A stretch of DNA of 64,000 bases, taken from Balanoglossus misakiensis (lineage: Eukaryota > Animalia > Hemichordata). The notes beneath the pieces were generated by a model. The model saw only the letters and a list, made by a program, of their open reading frames with translations, was not told where the DNA came from and did not search any database. The position numbers and the translations under genes are program-made. The number at the start of each line of letters is the position of its first letter. Within the stretch, counting starts at the first letter, position 1. Of this stretch, positions 1 to 14,835 are shown in pieces. The stretch covers positions 9,043,483-9,107,482 of the forward strand of contig CM082582.2 in assembly GCA_040954595.2 (NCBI GenBank). Reading direction: 5' to 3'.

Positions 1-1954
1 TTAGAAGGAGAAAATATTATTATGAATCCTGGTTCAATGTTTAGTGGAATTAACAGTTTGCATCCTGACCTCCTGGTGACCTATGATGTCATTCAGAAGT
101 TTTCATCCAGGCCCAGGGTCCAAAGGGGGAGTGTAAGCCAGAGATTGTAAGTCTGGCAATGATGATAACCATATCACTGAGACTGAGATAAAACTGTGCT
201 TATCAATTGATATTTCAACCGATCAATAGATCTTGTCTGCTGTTGGATATTGTTGAGAGGCATGATTGACAATTTGTGGTCACTGACCTCTCCCCCCCCC
301 CCCTCCCCAAGGTTAAAGAGGAGGAGGGGTAGTCCCACAAAACAGCTGTAGTTGTGTGCCACCCATCCACTTTTCACGCCAGATTTACCCAGAACTAGCA
401 TTCTGGTTTATATTAACTGCATGGGTCTTGTTCAGTGCACACACATATTTTTTTCACATAATTAAATGCAAACAGAACCAAGACCACTGGACTATTTTCA
501 CAGGACAAACAACCTTATCTCCATAATTAAAGCACATTCACCATCATATAATCATTTTTATTTTTATTGTAATTATCAGTCAATATTATTCCACCTACAT
601 TATTCGAGGAGCTATTCATAGCGACCATGACTCACTACATGAATAAGTGTTTGACAATCATAATAAACATGTCATATACATGTAGTAATCAAAACATCAG
701 CTTCAACAGCAGGGTCATGAACTATTTAATAGCTCGTTTATCAGTTAATAATTAGAAAATTATAATAGATCATTATCTTAATACAAAGGACAGCAATTAA
801 CAAGCAGCAGTGGAATACATGTACAGGCCTGTCAAGGCTGCTCTAACCTTTCACCAACGACCTTTGGCTATTGTTCAGTGGTACCATTGAGAATAGTGCG
901 GTTACACCCAAATATAGCATGGCAGCGAGGAACAGTCATCCAATTTTGAGCCAACGTCAGACTGTTGCGTTGTTTATAACACAAACAGAACAAAGCTTTG
1001 ACACACCATATTCATTAGACAGGACCTGAGATTATCCGATAAACAAGGCCATTATATTTTTTTCACATTCTCATGTTAATGTCACAGTGCAATTTGTAGA
1101 TATCCATCCATAAATCAGCAACTCACAAAGTAACCTATCAGCTACAGTAACAACTTGTGAAATAGTTTGTGTTCTTCTTTTACAACCCATCTGATATTGA
1201 CACCGAGATTCTAAGTGGTCTGAAGCAATCAGCTAATGGTTGTATATTTGAAAGCACATATTTACAGTACACTGTAAAGTTGACTGTCACTGCGTCAGTA
1301 AGTTAAATGTACAGACGTAACGAATGCAGCGGTCTAGTAAACTTCCCACTGATTGGTCATTTTTTGAGAATTAAACCAGACTTGCTAGACAGTCACCTCT
1401 GTACATCATTAGATGCACCAAAGATGAAAACTGTAAGACTGGATCTGCTGAGGCACTCTATGTCACCTCATACCAGTACAAGTATATAAGTGTTTTACAT
1501 TTTAATATACACATTGTTTGTAAACATCAAAGAAATTGATTACTATGCATGTTAAACCAGCAAAAAGTGAAAGTATGGAAATTACTGGCAGATGACATCA
1601 TCACTCAATCTTCACAGCTTATCATAAGTTATAGGGGAAAACTTTACACGTAATATACAGACAAATATAAGACAATGACAATACCTTTACGTTCAAAGTA
1701 CATATCTATTTTTGGAGGAAGTTTGTGCTCTCTATGAAGCATATCTTATCAGTAGATATAGCTTCTAGCCACAATATTGCTCACAACATCTGTGCACTAT
1801 TGTTGCCAAAAATTTCAGCTCACTATGGAAATTCACCACCAATTGACATTTTGTCTTCGAACACCTAAAGCAACTTGTCTTCTTATTCTTCACATAGTTT
1901 GAAAACACTGAAAACACTCAACAGACTTCACAAAAATAAACAAATGAAACTTAC

Positions 1955-4814
1955 TTGTAGAACTTGAGTAAATGTGGAGCACGATTGTTTCCCATCATCC
2001 TCTTCACTTTGAGAAATCCCGCCGCTCGGCGATTGATTGTCTTCCAAAGTCCTGTGAACGTGTAAATTATCCTGTGAATCACAAATGTCGCTGCAGTCGC
2101 TCTTGTTTTCCTCTTCCCAGCTGCCTTCGTCGAAATCCTGCCCATCCACGATTCCCTCGTCTTCAAGGTTGTTGTTCTCCTCTTCGTCGCCATCTTCGTC
2201 TCCCAGCATCTTCTCAAGCAGCTGCTCCAAGGAGGTGCTGAGCTCCCTTTCTTTGTCGCCAGTGATGCCATAGTCCAAAGCCGAGTACACAGTCAGACCG
2301 AGTTCATAAACAGCCTGAAATGATTTTTTAAAATAAAAAATATCAATAAAGTTAGGGGAAATACGCAACAGAAGTTCTCATGACAAAAATAAAACTTTTA
2401 CCAAATATGTGAAATAATTGAAATTCATGTCCAACAATTTTTGTTTGTGAGGATTTGATTGGTCAATTTTACTTGGGTCATGTGACACGTTTAAACCAAT
2501 GATACAAGACTTTTGTCAACCACGCAGAATTCAGGACACAGGCTGCCTTTCTCGTCATTCCAATGTGTTCATGCTCATGCTATTTAACCTGGTAATAAAT
2601 TCAAGTTAGCCTCCAGCTCTCCGCAATGAGTTACCCCCTCCAGCACTTGCCCCTAAAGAACAGGCCAGAGATTTTCAATAATTCAACCTTATTCAGGGGT
2701 TGATAAGTCATAATCCACTTATCCAGTGATTTGATTGACGAGACGTCCTGCGATTTGTACACTGGGGAGGTCCACACAGGGCAATGTCAAAGACTCCAGC
2801 GCATAATTTTATTCACCAACATATGAACCCATTCGGCTTAGTAGCCACTGTCTGTCTATATGGAAATACAACTCTATAAAGACTGCAGATCTGTCTTATA
2901 ATGTGAACAACATTACTTGCAATCAGAAAGCATGCATTGAGTGTATTATCTCAAAAATTCTTTCACAATCTCACATCTGTAGAAAGAAATGCTGACCTAC
3001 AAAAATATCTGCCCCAAAGTTTTGTTTCTCTCCTTTATATTTATTTTTCTTGGAATGATTTTGTACAAAAATATTGATGCAATAATATTTCACTGATATT
3101 TCAATATGCTTTTAATTCTCTGTACCATCAATTTCCCTTGTAAATGCCAGTTGAAAATCAATTGATTAGATTCAGAATTATGGTTTTCTCAATTACTGCC
3201 ATTAACTCCCCAGCTGATACTAAATGGATTATGGTATCATTTTATATTTACATGGTTATTAAGTTGGACAAAAGGATGACTGGTATCTGATAAAGAAACG
3301 GCTTCATCTCACTGTTTTTTCAGGTTGTTTCACTGTGTCTGATGAATTCACTTTCTTTTTAGACAAAATAATCTGTCTTATTTTTTGTGGTGAAAGACTG
3401 CAAAAGCAAAGGTCAAGCCATCGATCCATTATCCCATTAAGAATACAGCGACGGATATAAACAGCACTGTAGTATCCTGTTCTTCCTACAGAGGTCCTGG
3501 ACTATCGGCCACAGACACAACTGTGTAGGATATCCATTTTCTCTGATTGAAAGAGTGTCAATTTACTTAATTCAATATTTCTATAAATAGTATCCTCAGA
3601 TTTAAGAAAACGCCTTCATGGCCCGTCTGCAACCTATTGTGAAATGTTTTGACTTGGAGACAATAGGAAACAATGCCAGCTCGCACAATGTATGAAGGCA
3701 AACTGGCCATTTGGCATCCGGGTTGTATTTCTTCAAACGACAACTTTTGCCTGTCTGGATCAGTGCAGTAGCGTGCAAACACACATAAAAAGACAGACTG
3801 TGCAAATAACCTCCCAAAAGGTAAACTTTACTTCCGCTAATACCAGCAACAGTCAAAGCCAGATCATCGCCTGAACTATAATGCTCGTCATCGGATACAA
3901 AATCATGTTTGGGAATACCTTGGTAAACTGCGAAACAACTATTTTAAAATCCACAATATCATTTATCATTTTACACTCTATATTGGTTTTGTTTATCAAA
4001 TTGAGGTTTTGAAAAATATTTGGACATCCATGGGAATATTGTTTTGTAGACTATAAGGAGGAAAAACTTTCAAAAGCCTTAAGGGCAGGGTCATAAAAGC
4101 AGACCATAAAATGGTATGAGAACTAAAGCGTTATTTCCAAGGTGAACGAGAACATGCTTGACTAAATTGTTTGAATAGGCAGTCGGTAGTTCTCTTCAAA
4201 TGACAAGAAGAAGTAAGACCACACCCAATCAACATAAACCACAACAAAATCACAGGTATTTCAAGTGTCTAGATGAATGACCCCACCCTCCTTGAGATGA
4301 GAATTTCTTTTGCTGATTGAAACCCGAAAATAGTTTCATATGCAAATATAACTAACTATTTTATATCGTTCAGTCCAGGCGTGCTTGGCGAAAAAAAAGC
4401 TTACCTGTCGCTCATTCTTCTTCTCGTCGCATGCAACTGAAAAAGATAAATGGAGAAACGCTGTTACTATGGCCACGAAATGACCACGAAAAAGAGAGAC
4501 TAGTGGTTGCTATTAAAAAGCGGGAAATATCACTACATTTCGAATATTTCTTACATACCGTTACGCGACGATTCCTTGGGTATCAGAAGAGAGCAAGTAC
4601 CATCTTTGTGGAGTAAAAGTGCTTCCTGACTGAACTCAAGGGAGACGTCGTAATTTTTGTTTTTGAACGAGCCTTGGAAGAATTTCGCCGACTGGTAGCA
4701 GACGGCCCACGTCTGTTCTTCGTTCAGCGGGGCGCTGAATGCTTCCAAAATTTCTTGAAGTGAGACACACTGCCGATTTTCCATGTCGATCTTGACGGCT
4801 GGCCCCTCCGCCAT
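1955..4814 (-). CDS. SPIRE: Spire actin nucleator, 5' part (KIND domain); exons 4814-4559, 4436-4405, 2314-1955; gene continues beyond the left edge
   Basis: KIND motifs VSLQEILEAFSAPLNEEQTWAVCYQ and VYELGLTVYSALDYG..ERELSTSLEQLLEKM. The three exons join in frame through GT-AG sites (256+32+360 nt). Confidence 0.85.
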
Positions 4815-6401
4815 TATTCGAAAGTGAAATGAGGTCTGCTTTAATACAGTTACCGGAGTGTCCAGCTTCAGTTCGGACTCCTTGTGGTTTTGTTATGGAA
4901 ATGAACACTATTACATCATTGTGTGTTTATGGGGAAACCGAGAACACCGCACACTACCACATCACTCTCCCCGGTCTTTGGTGTATGTCTGTCGAAAGCA
5001 CCACCTTACCTGATACTAGCGGCAATACGATAACGAAGTCGTTGACATGTCCACTCATGAATGAATGCGATTTCTGGGATATGCAGAAATTCCAAGCTAT
5101 GGAGTAATCTGTGTGTACTGTACTATCGGAGGTCACCACTTAAAAATCAAGGATGAACTACAGAGGGCGCAAAACACCGTGTCCGTGTCCATTTCACATA
5201 GAAAACACCTATCTTTTTTGTCCCTTTTATACCCTGAAAGCATTTAGATTACCTCACTAGATATATTCATTGTTGAGTGTTATAAGTAAAATGTATGATC
5301 ACAGTCCCTCAAAAAGAGCCACTGTGGTAAGAAATACTTCAGGCAAAACCAAAGCGAGAATTTGTTTGTGTGTCACATGCAACGCAACCAAATGTTGTTT
5401 CACACACATTGTACACTTATGAACAACACATACACCTCAGTGATATATCTTACTCCTTTGATACTTTATTTACCATATCAATACAACTTTTACAAGGGCA
5501 TAGTCAGACACTTGTTTCAGCATCACAGTAAGAGTTACACATCATCAAATTTGACCAATTATTTTTACCCAGGCTTTCTGATAGATCCTTCAAAATGCAT
5601 AGAGGGAACGTGATAAAATTATATGCTACCCCTACAACAGCAATGGTATTAATTCTCATACAGTGAACGACTTCAATTGATGAAAACTTGCTAGGAAAGG
5701 TGATCTAGACAAACAACAATACATCAATTTCATACAATATACATTTACTCGTACTGCAAACACACTAAGGAAAACCTGTTACAGATGGATCCAGAACAAT
5801 TTTTGCATATCCTGAATTTACCGCTCTGATGCATAGTTATAACCTTAAAATACAAAGAGACCATGCAGTCACAAGAAATATTTACATCAAAACTCCACTG
5901 TTAAACTACATCATCTTACAGATATGCCCCTATAGAGGCCAGGATCTGATATATGACCAAATTGACATGACCAGAAGACAATGTGTTTGCAAACAAAACC
6001 AGACATATTTACTATACAAACACATCCAAGAAAAACATTGCACAAAGTGCAGCATCAAAGCAGTTCACCTGACGAAAATAAAATGCATCAACGACCCAGA
6101 TCTCTGACTATCTTCCTACATTCTGAAAGAATAAATTACAGACACACATTTCTGTACAGAGAGGAATGATTTGCCTGGTTCATAAACTAGGTTCCATGAT
6201 TACTGAGAAAAGGGGATACGGGAAAGGGGGGTCAGGGGTCAAAATGGCCGACAATGCAGTAACTGAGCATGCTCCTAAAAACTTCAGAAATTCTCACTGG
6301 CAAATTTACATGCTTAGAATTCACTTTGACCAAATTATATATAAATATCTGTACACAGAGACTAAGTTTGTGTCTATTTACAATATCTACAAGATGCTAT
6401 C

Positions 6402-9400
6402 CTAACTCTTGGAGGCTATAAGAATTATTATAAGAACTATGACTACTGCAGCTAAAATCATGATAATTAACATCTTCCTATTCTTCTTCTGGTATTTCTC
6501 TGCCTGTAAAGACACAAAAGAGATTCGTTATGTTAAATATAAATAGTAAAACACACACCCATAGGCGTGGACAGAGTTCACCTGAAATGTCTTCTCAATC
6601 ACATGGGATGTAAAATAACTCTTTTCAGTACATGCAACTCTAGGATATCTACATCCATTCAACACCAACAGAGAGCTGACATCAACATACATGTACCGGT
6701 ACTAACATTCCATTTCAGTCAAGTACATGTATTCTTTTTTCACCTACCTTTTGGAGTTGTTTAAGACCTTGCTGTACAGTGGTGGCAGTTTTCTCGATGT
6801 TGTAATCTATTCTGTCTAAAATTGTGCCCTGAAAATTAAAAAGTGTATAATTTTATTGTGGGTAGATAAATTGACTAGCAGAACGCAGAAAAGAACGTAA
6901 AATTACACACACTTCAGTGCCTACATCTGTATGGCCTAATGGTAGTACAGTTTGAAAACAATAATTATGATAATTAGTTGCAGCTCATGGGGCTTTAAAA
7001 CGCCAAGGATTTCTTGCCAAGTTGAAGGTACGCACTTACCTGCTCTACAACCATGGTCGCTAAGTCTCTAAAAATTTCATTAAGATCTGATATTGACTGG
7101 ACAATGTGTAGAATTTCTTTTTCCCTTTCTTCCACCATGGCTGTGTTCTCGGTAACCACCTGCATCTGGCCATCTGAAAAACCCTAGAGAGGCAAAAGGA
7201 GGCAGTTGAACCAATGAGCTTAACTGTATTATATCTGGTTGGAATACTGCTGGGAAGTTCAATCACCGATGTTTAGCTGATGTAATGATTCAGCCATACC
7301 AAAGCACAGTGTTACCACACTAGCATATTACACCAACTTTTTATTCACTTTAAATTTAATATACATACCCTGTCATAAAGTTCATCATCAAGGCCATCTT
7401 CTTCAGCCATTAATGAACTACCAGGAGACATTCCTGTGTCGAAAAACTGTTTTGCTCTTTCCTCCCTACTTTTTAATCCTACGGTAAATGAAAACATTGA
7501 AAAAAACAGTTATTGTCTCTACTCTGTGTCGACGATTTCTTCAACAATCAAGTACCAGGTCGTGTTTTTGAAACTCTGTTGAAGGGTGAAGATCGTCTTA
7601 TGCGCATGTGCCGAACCAGAGACTCTGGTTACAAAAATTGTATACAGTCAATGCCATAAGGCAGTGTGCTGGCCTAACAACAGACAAGTTGTTTTCTTAC
7701 TTTTTAAATATGCCGATTGCCCTCTTCTGAAGTTGATTGATAAATCTTGTAAACTAGTGGCTAACGAAGACATGATATTTTTGGTGACCTTCCTTTCCTG
7801 CTCGCTCCCCATTTTACTCTTGCTGCCTATGTGTTGGATATTCCGTTGACATCGGTGGAACATCTGAAGGAAGAAACACAGGAACGTGTAGAACTGGGCA
7901 TGTTCATCTTGGAAAAACGAATGCCATGTGAAATGTCAGGAAACCACTGTTATTCATTGGGATGTATTTTTATGTATTTTATTAACTTACCTGTGTGATT
8001 TCTTGAGTACTGATTTCTATTGCATGTTCTTCGTCTACATTGTCATCTAATGTAGGTCTATTTAAATGTTTGTCATGTAAACTGGACAGTTCTTTCACTG
8101 CAAAGAAGAATTTCATGTCAATCAATCATTGATCAATCAATTAATTTCGTGTTAAGGACATTCCAGGAGTGGTTTGAGACTATGACTTTTGAAGACAGAA
8201 ATTTACATGTAACAGACAGATGAATATGATTTGTCACATATTACTTACTTTTGTGTTTAATCCTTGTGGTATCATACTGGACCTCTTCAAGCAAATCAAC
8301 CCTAAGTGGCAAAATACACACAAGGCCATTATGAATGACAGACAATTCTTATACACAAAGACATGACATAACAAAGACAGAACATACAATAGCATTTAAA
8401 TGCAGACTTTGGCAATAATTGGAGTCTGAATAAATAATGTGCTTGTTTAGTGTGTTATGTCTATTCAAGTTCAAGCTTACCATTCCGGTGGGAGACCTGA
8501 GCCTTTCGAAACTCCAATCCCAGCTTCGGGATCTGATGTTATACTCTGAACTAAGGCCATGCGATCATCAGCAACCTGTGTAGGGTAGCCAAAAACATCA
8601 CATATTAGGAATTAATTTGTTAGAAAATGTGTCACTGACAATAATACACCACACACACCCAGTCACACTTTTCAACAAGTTGGCAGAGTTGTACAGGCAT
8701 TTCATGAAGGCTAAAACCATAGTCCAGTACATTAGTAACTTTAAGTGAACATTGCTCATGGTTTAAGAGCCAACCGCACACCCTACATTAAGATCTTTCA
8801 TGAAATTATCAAGTCAAATGAAAGCGTTATGGTCAACAGAAAACCTTAACAGTAATACAATGTTAATATGTCAGGTTTAGTTTTTGGGGAAAAATGTGCA
8901 AATAAAAAAATGTGGACTTTAAAATTGGCAAGATGTAGAAATGGGGAAAGGAAGAGAACAGCGTCTGAAGTCTGTGTGTGAAAATAGATGAAACCAAAGC
9001 ATGATTGATATTCATACCTTATCCACACCAGCATCAGAGGCAGGCGGATTGAAGTGAGAGTTCGGGGGAAAGAGAAATATGATATAGTGAATGGCTGAAG
9101 AAATGAATTGAAGTTACATGCCAGGTTAGAGCTAAGAAAATCTCCAAGATGTTCAACTGTTTCGTACCTTGGGAAAATATTTGTGGAACACAACCTTGTT
9201 GGTTTATAAATTATTGATTTAGTAGTAATTGACGATTGGTTTAAAAATAGAAGTGTTATTTTCATAACATCCAATGGAAGGATAAAAGGTGGGTGTTACA
9301 GTCATCAAGGCCTTGTTGTATTAGTTGTTATTTTAGGATTTTGACACAGGAAGTTAATTCTCCCCTCCCTCATATTTTTCCTAACATAACTGGCTGAGTT

Positions 9401-9789
9401 TAATTAAATTAAATTAAATTAAATTAAATTACGGTGTTGTGAATCGCTGATAGAGGGCGCTGCATGCTGAATGCAGACGAAAGCCAGCCACCGATATGAC
9501 AGTTTTAGTGCCAGAAATCTACAGTGCGATGCTATGGTAAAGTTCCGTGGAGATGAGAGCAAAAAGCAATAACCATGCTCCGTTTTTAAATTCTGTGGAG
9601 AAGTGTCCGCCAACAGCGGACTTGGAGTAACCGAACGAATTTCAGAACCGGTGTACTCACCGCAGCAGCGCTAGCAGTAGTGGTAGTAGGCCTATAGACT
9701 GTACTCACTTGCTCTGAAAATATATGCCGATTTTGCATCGCATTGTTCCTCATAAGAATAAAAACTTCCGTCAGACTCCTGGTAGCCAT
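6402..9789 (-). CDS. STX16: Syntaxin-16, 9 exons (9789-9709, 8575-8481, 8301-8249, 8097-7991, 7863-7701, 7478-7369, 7183-7040, 6828-6748, 6503-6402)
   Basis: N-peptide [29 protein letters not shown] motif [42 protein letters not shown], then [11 protein letters not shown] and a C-terminal transmembrane helix. Splice sites are canonical. Confidence 0.95.
9402..9430. repeat. (TTAAA)n pentanucleotide repeat in STX16 intron 1
   Basis: About 5-6 tandem AATTA units, read directly. Confidence 0.8.
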
Positions 9790-10206
9790 TATGCTTTGTC
9801 TTACTATATCAACAATGGGAAAGAGTTTCGTCTAAAGGACGCAAATGCTTGTTTTTCCCCCTTGTGTCGACTGTCATTCACGCTTCCCACACCACCATCT
9901 TGTTAACGTCACCTCCCACAATCCTCCGCGAAACAGGAAGCTGCAGCGGCAACTTCGAAAGGATGGAGAGTGGTGATTGAACGTTTCTGCACTCTTCCGG
10001 GGTCTCAAAAGTGTATTTTACATACTAACGCGATGTGTTACCTGGTCTGAGTCTCGCCTGTGATACTGCTCTTCAAATGGTCATCGTGATCACGAACGGT
10101 GACTGAGTGACTGACCCGACGAAGACATTCACTGACAGCTAGTGACAAGTACACTCAAGCGTCATCACCATGGTGTTGCCATAGAGATTTCCGACGCGTT
10201 ACTAAA
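9790..10206. promoter_or_regulatory. Putative bidirectional promoter STX16/DHX35
   Basis: Divergent ATGs 417 bp apart. The spacer is CpG-richer and has ETS-like cores (CAGGAAG ~9934, CTTCCGG ~9994). Confidence 0.6.
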
Positions 10207-13200
10207 ATGTCTTCAGGTTTTACACCAAAATTTTGGAAACCAGGTAGGCTGTCATAATTCGCTTTATGTTTGCGCGTATGAAAATGATTCATTCATTCAT
10301 TCATTCATTCATTCATTCATTCATTCATTCATTCATTCATTCATTCATTCATTCATTCATTCACTGATATATATTTTCTAGTATCATGAAACAATCACAA
10401 CTGCTTTTTCTGTTTGCAACCTCAGGTACAGACGCCCCTGGGTTGGGGCTCAAAGAAGAAAGGGAGAAGATAAGTGAAGGTAGCGGCGAAGTAGTCGTAC
10501 ATAATCCGCATCTCTCGCTGTCCATAGAGCAACAAAGACAGAGGCTACCAATCTTTAAAGTAGGTTGATTTGTGCTCTTTGTCACCTGATATGCCCACAC
10601 CAGATTTTAGCCTGCTAGATGACAAATTTTCCACATCCTTTCCCTCCCTAGCATCGGAATCATATTCTGTATCTGGTAGAGAAGTACCAGACAGTGGTGA
10701 TAGTGGGAGAGACTGGCTGCGGCAAGAGTACGCAGATACCACAATATCTATCGGAGGCCGGTTGGACCGCTCAGGGACATGTCGTGGCAGTCACTCAGCC
10801 TAGACGAGTAGCTGCAGTCACAGTATGTATTGTAACTTTCCATACCATGCTACACAATAACCATTGTGACAGTTTCAAGGGCTACCAATCTGTCAAGAGT
10901 TTTTGACCCTGACTGAAGCATAAACCCTAAACCGCAAGTCTCTGATTTTTAGGCTTAACTACAAAGAGACTATCTACATGTACATACACCCTCTTGCCAA
11001 TTGAAATGTGAATGTCTTCACTGATCACTCCCAGGTCGCTAACAGAATAGCTGAAGAACTGGGGGCAGTGCTTGGCCACGAGGTGGGATATGCCATCCGA
11101 TTCGATGACTGTACAGACCCAGCTAACACCAAGATCAAGTTTTTGACGGATGGCGTGCTGGTCAGGGAGATGATGAGTGATCCCCTGTTAAGTAAATACA
11201 GGTATGTAACATGGATGTCAATTTGTACAATCAACTCATTGTTGATAAGGATAAGCTTTCTGTTTATAAGGAATGTAAAAGGATTTGGTCAAAATTCATT
11301 ATTTTCTGCAGTAAAGTTGGATCTCTACATAGGGGGGAAAGGGTTAACTCTTTTCCTTGCTTTTGTCTGTTTTAGTGTGATAATGATAGACGAAGCGCAT
11401 GAGAGAACACTGTACACTGACATTATCGTGGGATTACTCAAGAAGATACAGAGGAAGAGAAAAGACCTGAGATTAATTGTTTCCTCGGCTACACTAGATG
11501 CTGAGAAATTCAGAGATTTTTTCAACACTAACGAAACCAATGATGCAAGGTAAGTATGGCTATAAGTAACTGACCAGACTGGAGAGTTTGTGATAGAGAT
11601 TCTCTGTCACAACGCAACTGCACCATATTGCATAAAGTGAATTATTTAATCAATAATTACACACATCTTATTTATTTGTCACAGCAAAGACACTGCAACC
11701 ATTTTGACAGTGGAGGGCAGGACATACCCAGTGGACATCTTCTACACCATAAGGTAGGAATTTCAGCAATTCATGCATCATTGCAGAAACATTTCCACAC
11801 TGATCTTGATCTGAAACTAAATCAGAAGCATGTATACTTGGGAAGTACAGAGCTTGAACTTGCACATGTGCGTTTTTCCCAGCCCAGTACCAGACTACTT
11901 GAAAGAGACAGTGGACACCATATTCAAGATCCACAAGGAGGAACCAGCCGGAGATATCCTGGCTTTTCTTACTGGTCAAGAGGAAGTTGAAAATGTTGTG
12001 TCTCTGGTCAGGTAAATATCCAGTGAATTGATTGCACTATTTTTAAATGTAGATTGTGAAGATATTGATAAGGAGAAAGATTGGGAGTTGTGTACAACCG
12101 GGGGAGAAATGTTTCACAAAGTGATGTGTGATATGTTGAAATGAAAAATGAGGGTCTGTGATGTGTATTTTCATATCCACAGGGAGCAAGCAAGGCACCT
12201 TGGAGACAGGTACATGAAGATATGGGTGCTGCCAATGTACGGTGGTTTACCAGCATCTGAACAAATGAAAGTGTTTGAAAGAACAGGAAAAAACACCAGG
12301 AAGGTCGTCGTAGCAACCAATATTGCTGAGGCTTCTATTACAATTAATGGAATTGTACATGGTGAGCTTACTTCTCTCTAACCCAAGACTGGCTTCAGTT
12401 TTTGTTTTGCTACAAATTGCAGCACATAGCAATATCATTTCAATAACAGAAATGGTTATTTCTTTTGCATATATCTCTCAATAGTCATAGACTGTGGCTT
12501 TGTTAAGTTCCGGGCGTACAATCCACAGACGGGCCTGGAGGGTCTGGTAGTGGTTCCTGTATCGCAGGCATCTGCCAAGCAGAGGTCAGGAAGAGCCGGA
12601 AGGATCCGGTCCGGCAAAGCGTACAGGCTGTACACAGAGGACGACTTCCATAAGCTGCCTAAATCTACAGTGCCAGAGATGCAGAGGTAAAGCCAATGAA
12701 GTTTGCTAACTTTCAACATCAGCAGCATAGTTACTGGACCCCCACAGCCGGGAATAGTGTATGAATTTGAGTCCAAGTATTTGGGAGAATGGTAGAGTCA
12801 CTATACGATGCTGATTGTTGTTTTTGTACATTTCAGGACAAATTTATCAACTGTAATATTGCAGCTCAAATGCCTCGGTATAGACAATGTTCTGAGGTTC
12901 AACTTCCTGTCGCCCCCTTCCTCCAATGCCATGATACGTGGTTTGGAGTTGCTGTATGCACTGGGTGGGTTAGACGACAATGCAAAGTTAGCCCAGCCAT
13001 TGGGAGTGAGGATGGCAGAGTTCCCATTGGATCCCATGTTTGCCAAAATGGTTCTAGCCTCAGGTAGGCATTTGTACCATTCCAAAACACGTTGAGTGGA
13101 ATTTGAGTTGCTGTCCTATTTTGAAATGACGACGGCAACATCTATAAAGCAGCAACTAATCTGTCCTTCCATAGAGTAGGTTTGGTCCTTATAATTCTAA

Positions 13201-14553
13201 GTTCAAATTTTGTATTTTCCAGGGGAATTCGGGTGCTCTGACGAAATTCTCACCATAACTGCTATGCTGCAGGTGCAGAATATTTTTGTGTCACCATCCA
13301 GGCAGAAAGCTGCTGCCGTAAGTATCCCGCTGTATGATCAACATTTTCCAATATGAATTTTATGACATATAAAGGTGGCTTTTAACATTATGGTTGCAGT
13401 CTGCTATAAAGCACTCCAAATACTGTCCATTTTCTTTTCAGGAGAGGGCCAAAAGGAATTTTTCTGTGAAAGAAGGTGACCATATAACTTTGTTGAATGT
13501 GTACGAGTCTTTTATACAGGTATGAAACAATGTAATTATGTGGTGGTTAATTTTGTTATGGAGATTGACAGCATGATTGATTATCACCATCATTGTGACA
13601 TTTTTAACCTTATTATTGCTGTTATTATTTTATTTCCAGCATGATAAAAGTTCAAGATGGTGTCACGAAAATTACTTGAATTACAGAGGTAGGGCTGGTG
13701 TTTCAAAGTCACTCACAATGTTCTCGAAACAGTTTAATTTCATCTTTGCCACTTAAATCTTGGATCAGTTCATTGGAGTTTTGTAGGGTCAACACAAGGT
13801 CAAAAATCACCATGGTAATAATGGTAATACCGATAATTGCTTTCAGGTCTCATGAGGGCACTGTCAATCAGAGAACAGCTGAAGAAAATTGCCAAGAAAT
13901 TCAAACTGAAAATGGTCTCCAGCGAAGGTGACGTTGATGCGATATGTCGGTGCATCGTGACAGGGTTCTTTGCCAATGCTGCTAGGCTGCACCCCAGTGG
14001 GTCTTACAGAACGGTCAGGGATGACTATACTCTTCACATTCATCCCACGTCAGTGCTGTATCCAGAAAAGCCACCAAAATGGTCAGTAACTGTCCCCAAA
14101 CAATGCAATCTGTACAATTTCATTTCAGCCTTTGTCCAGCGGTACCTACTACAGTCACCAATGCACATTAAGCCACAAATAGGCATATGTAATTTTTACA
14201 TCTATCGTGTATTGCAACACAGATGAGGGGGCCATTCAGAAGAGGCTCATTTTAATTTCTTTTCGCCATCTCGGGTTCATGTTCTGTTCTTTCAGGGTTG
14301 TCTTCAATGAAGTTCTCCAGACAAACAAAGATTACATGAGAGACGTGACAGTGATAGATGCCTCCTGGTTGTATGAATTAGCACCTCACTACTACCAGTA
14401 CGGCACGGTAGGTTGATGTGCGATCCATAAATTACCACTTCAATACTTCTAATGGTGAGTTGACTCCTGTGTCCTGTTTCTTTTAAAATACACGTATCTG
14501 TGCATTCATTGCAGGAAAGAGAAATTGCAGCCAAGAAAGCAAGAATAGAATGA
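10207..14553 (+). CDS. DHX35: DEAH-box RNA helicase DHX35 (multi-exon)
   Basis: Start [26 protein letters not shown], Walker [27 protein letters not shown]2 and OB regions, and end [26 protein letters not shown]. Confidence 0.95.
10287..10363. repeat. (ATTC)n microsatellite, DHX35 intron 1
   Basis: About 19 perfect units. Confidence 0.95.
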
Positions 14554-14835
14554 GATGCCTTGCATGAAGAGTTCTGTGATGTTTTGCCCCATGTCATATC
14601 ACCATGGTCTGCAGATGTCTTGGTTTTGTGGACTATTGTAGTCCCCAAGATCTAACTTCACCTTCAGCTATGCATGTAATACAGGACAAACTTTGTTAAA
14701 AATCTCTTTCAGTTGTATTCATGGTGCATAAGAATGAACTACAAGAAACTTATTATGGTCTGAAAATGTTTATTAAAACTAAGTAAAAAGTACAATATAG
14801 ATATAAATATATTGTTAATAAAATTCATGTAAATA

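Noticed and set aside
6211-6238. G-quadruplex-like tract
   Set aside because: The G-rich strand is antisense to the STX16 3' UTR, it is a single instance, and there is no other support.
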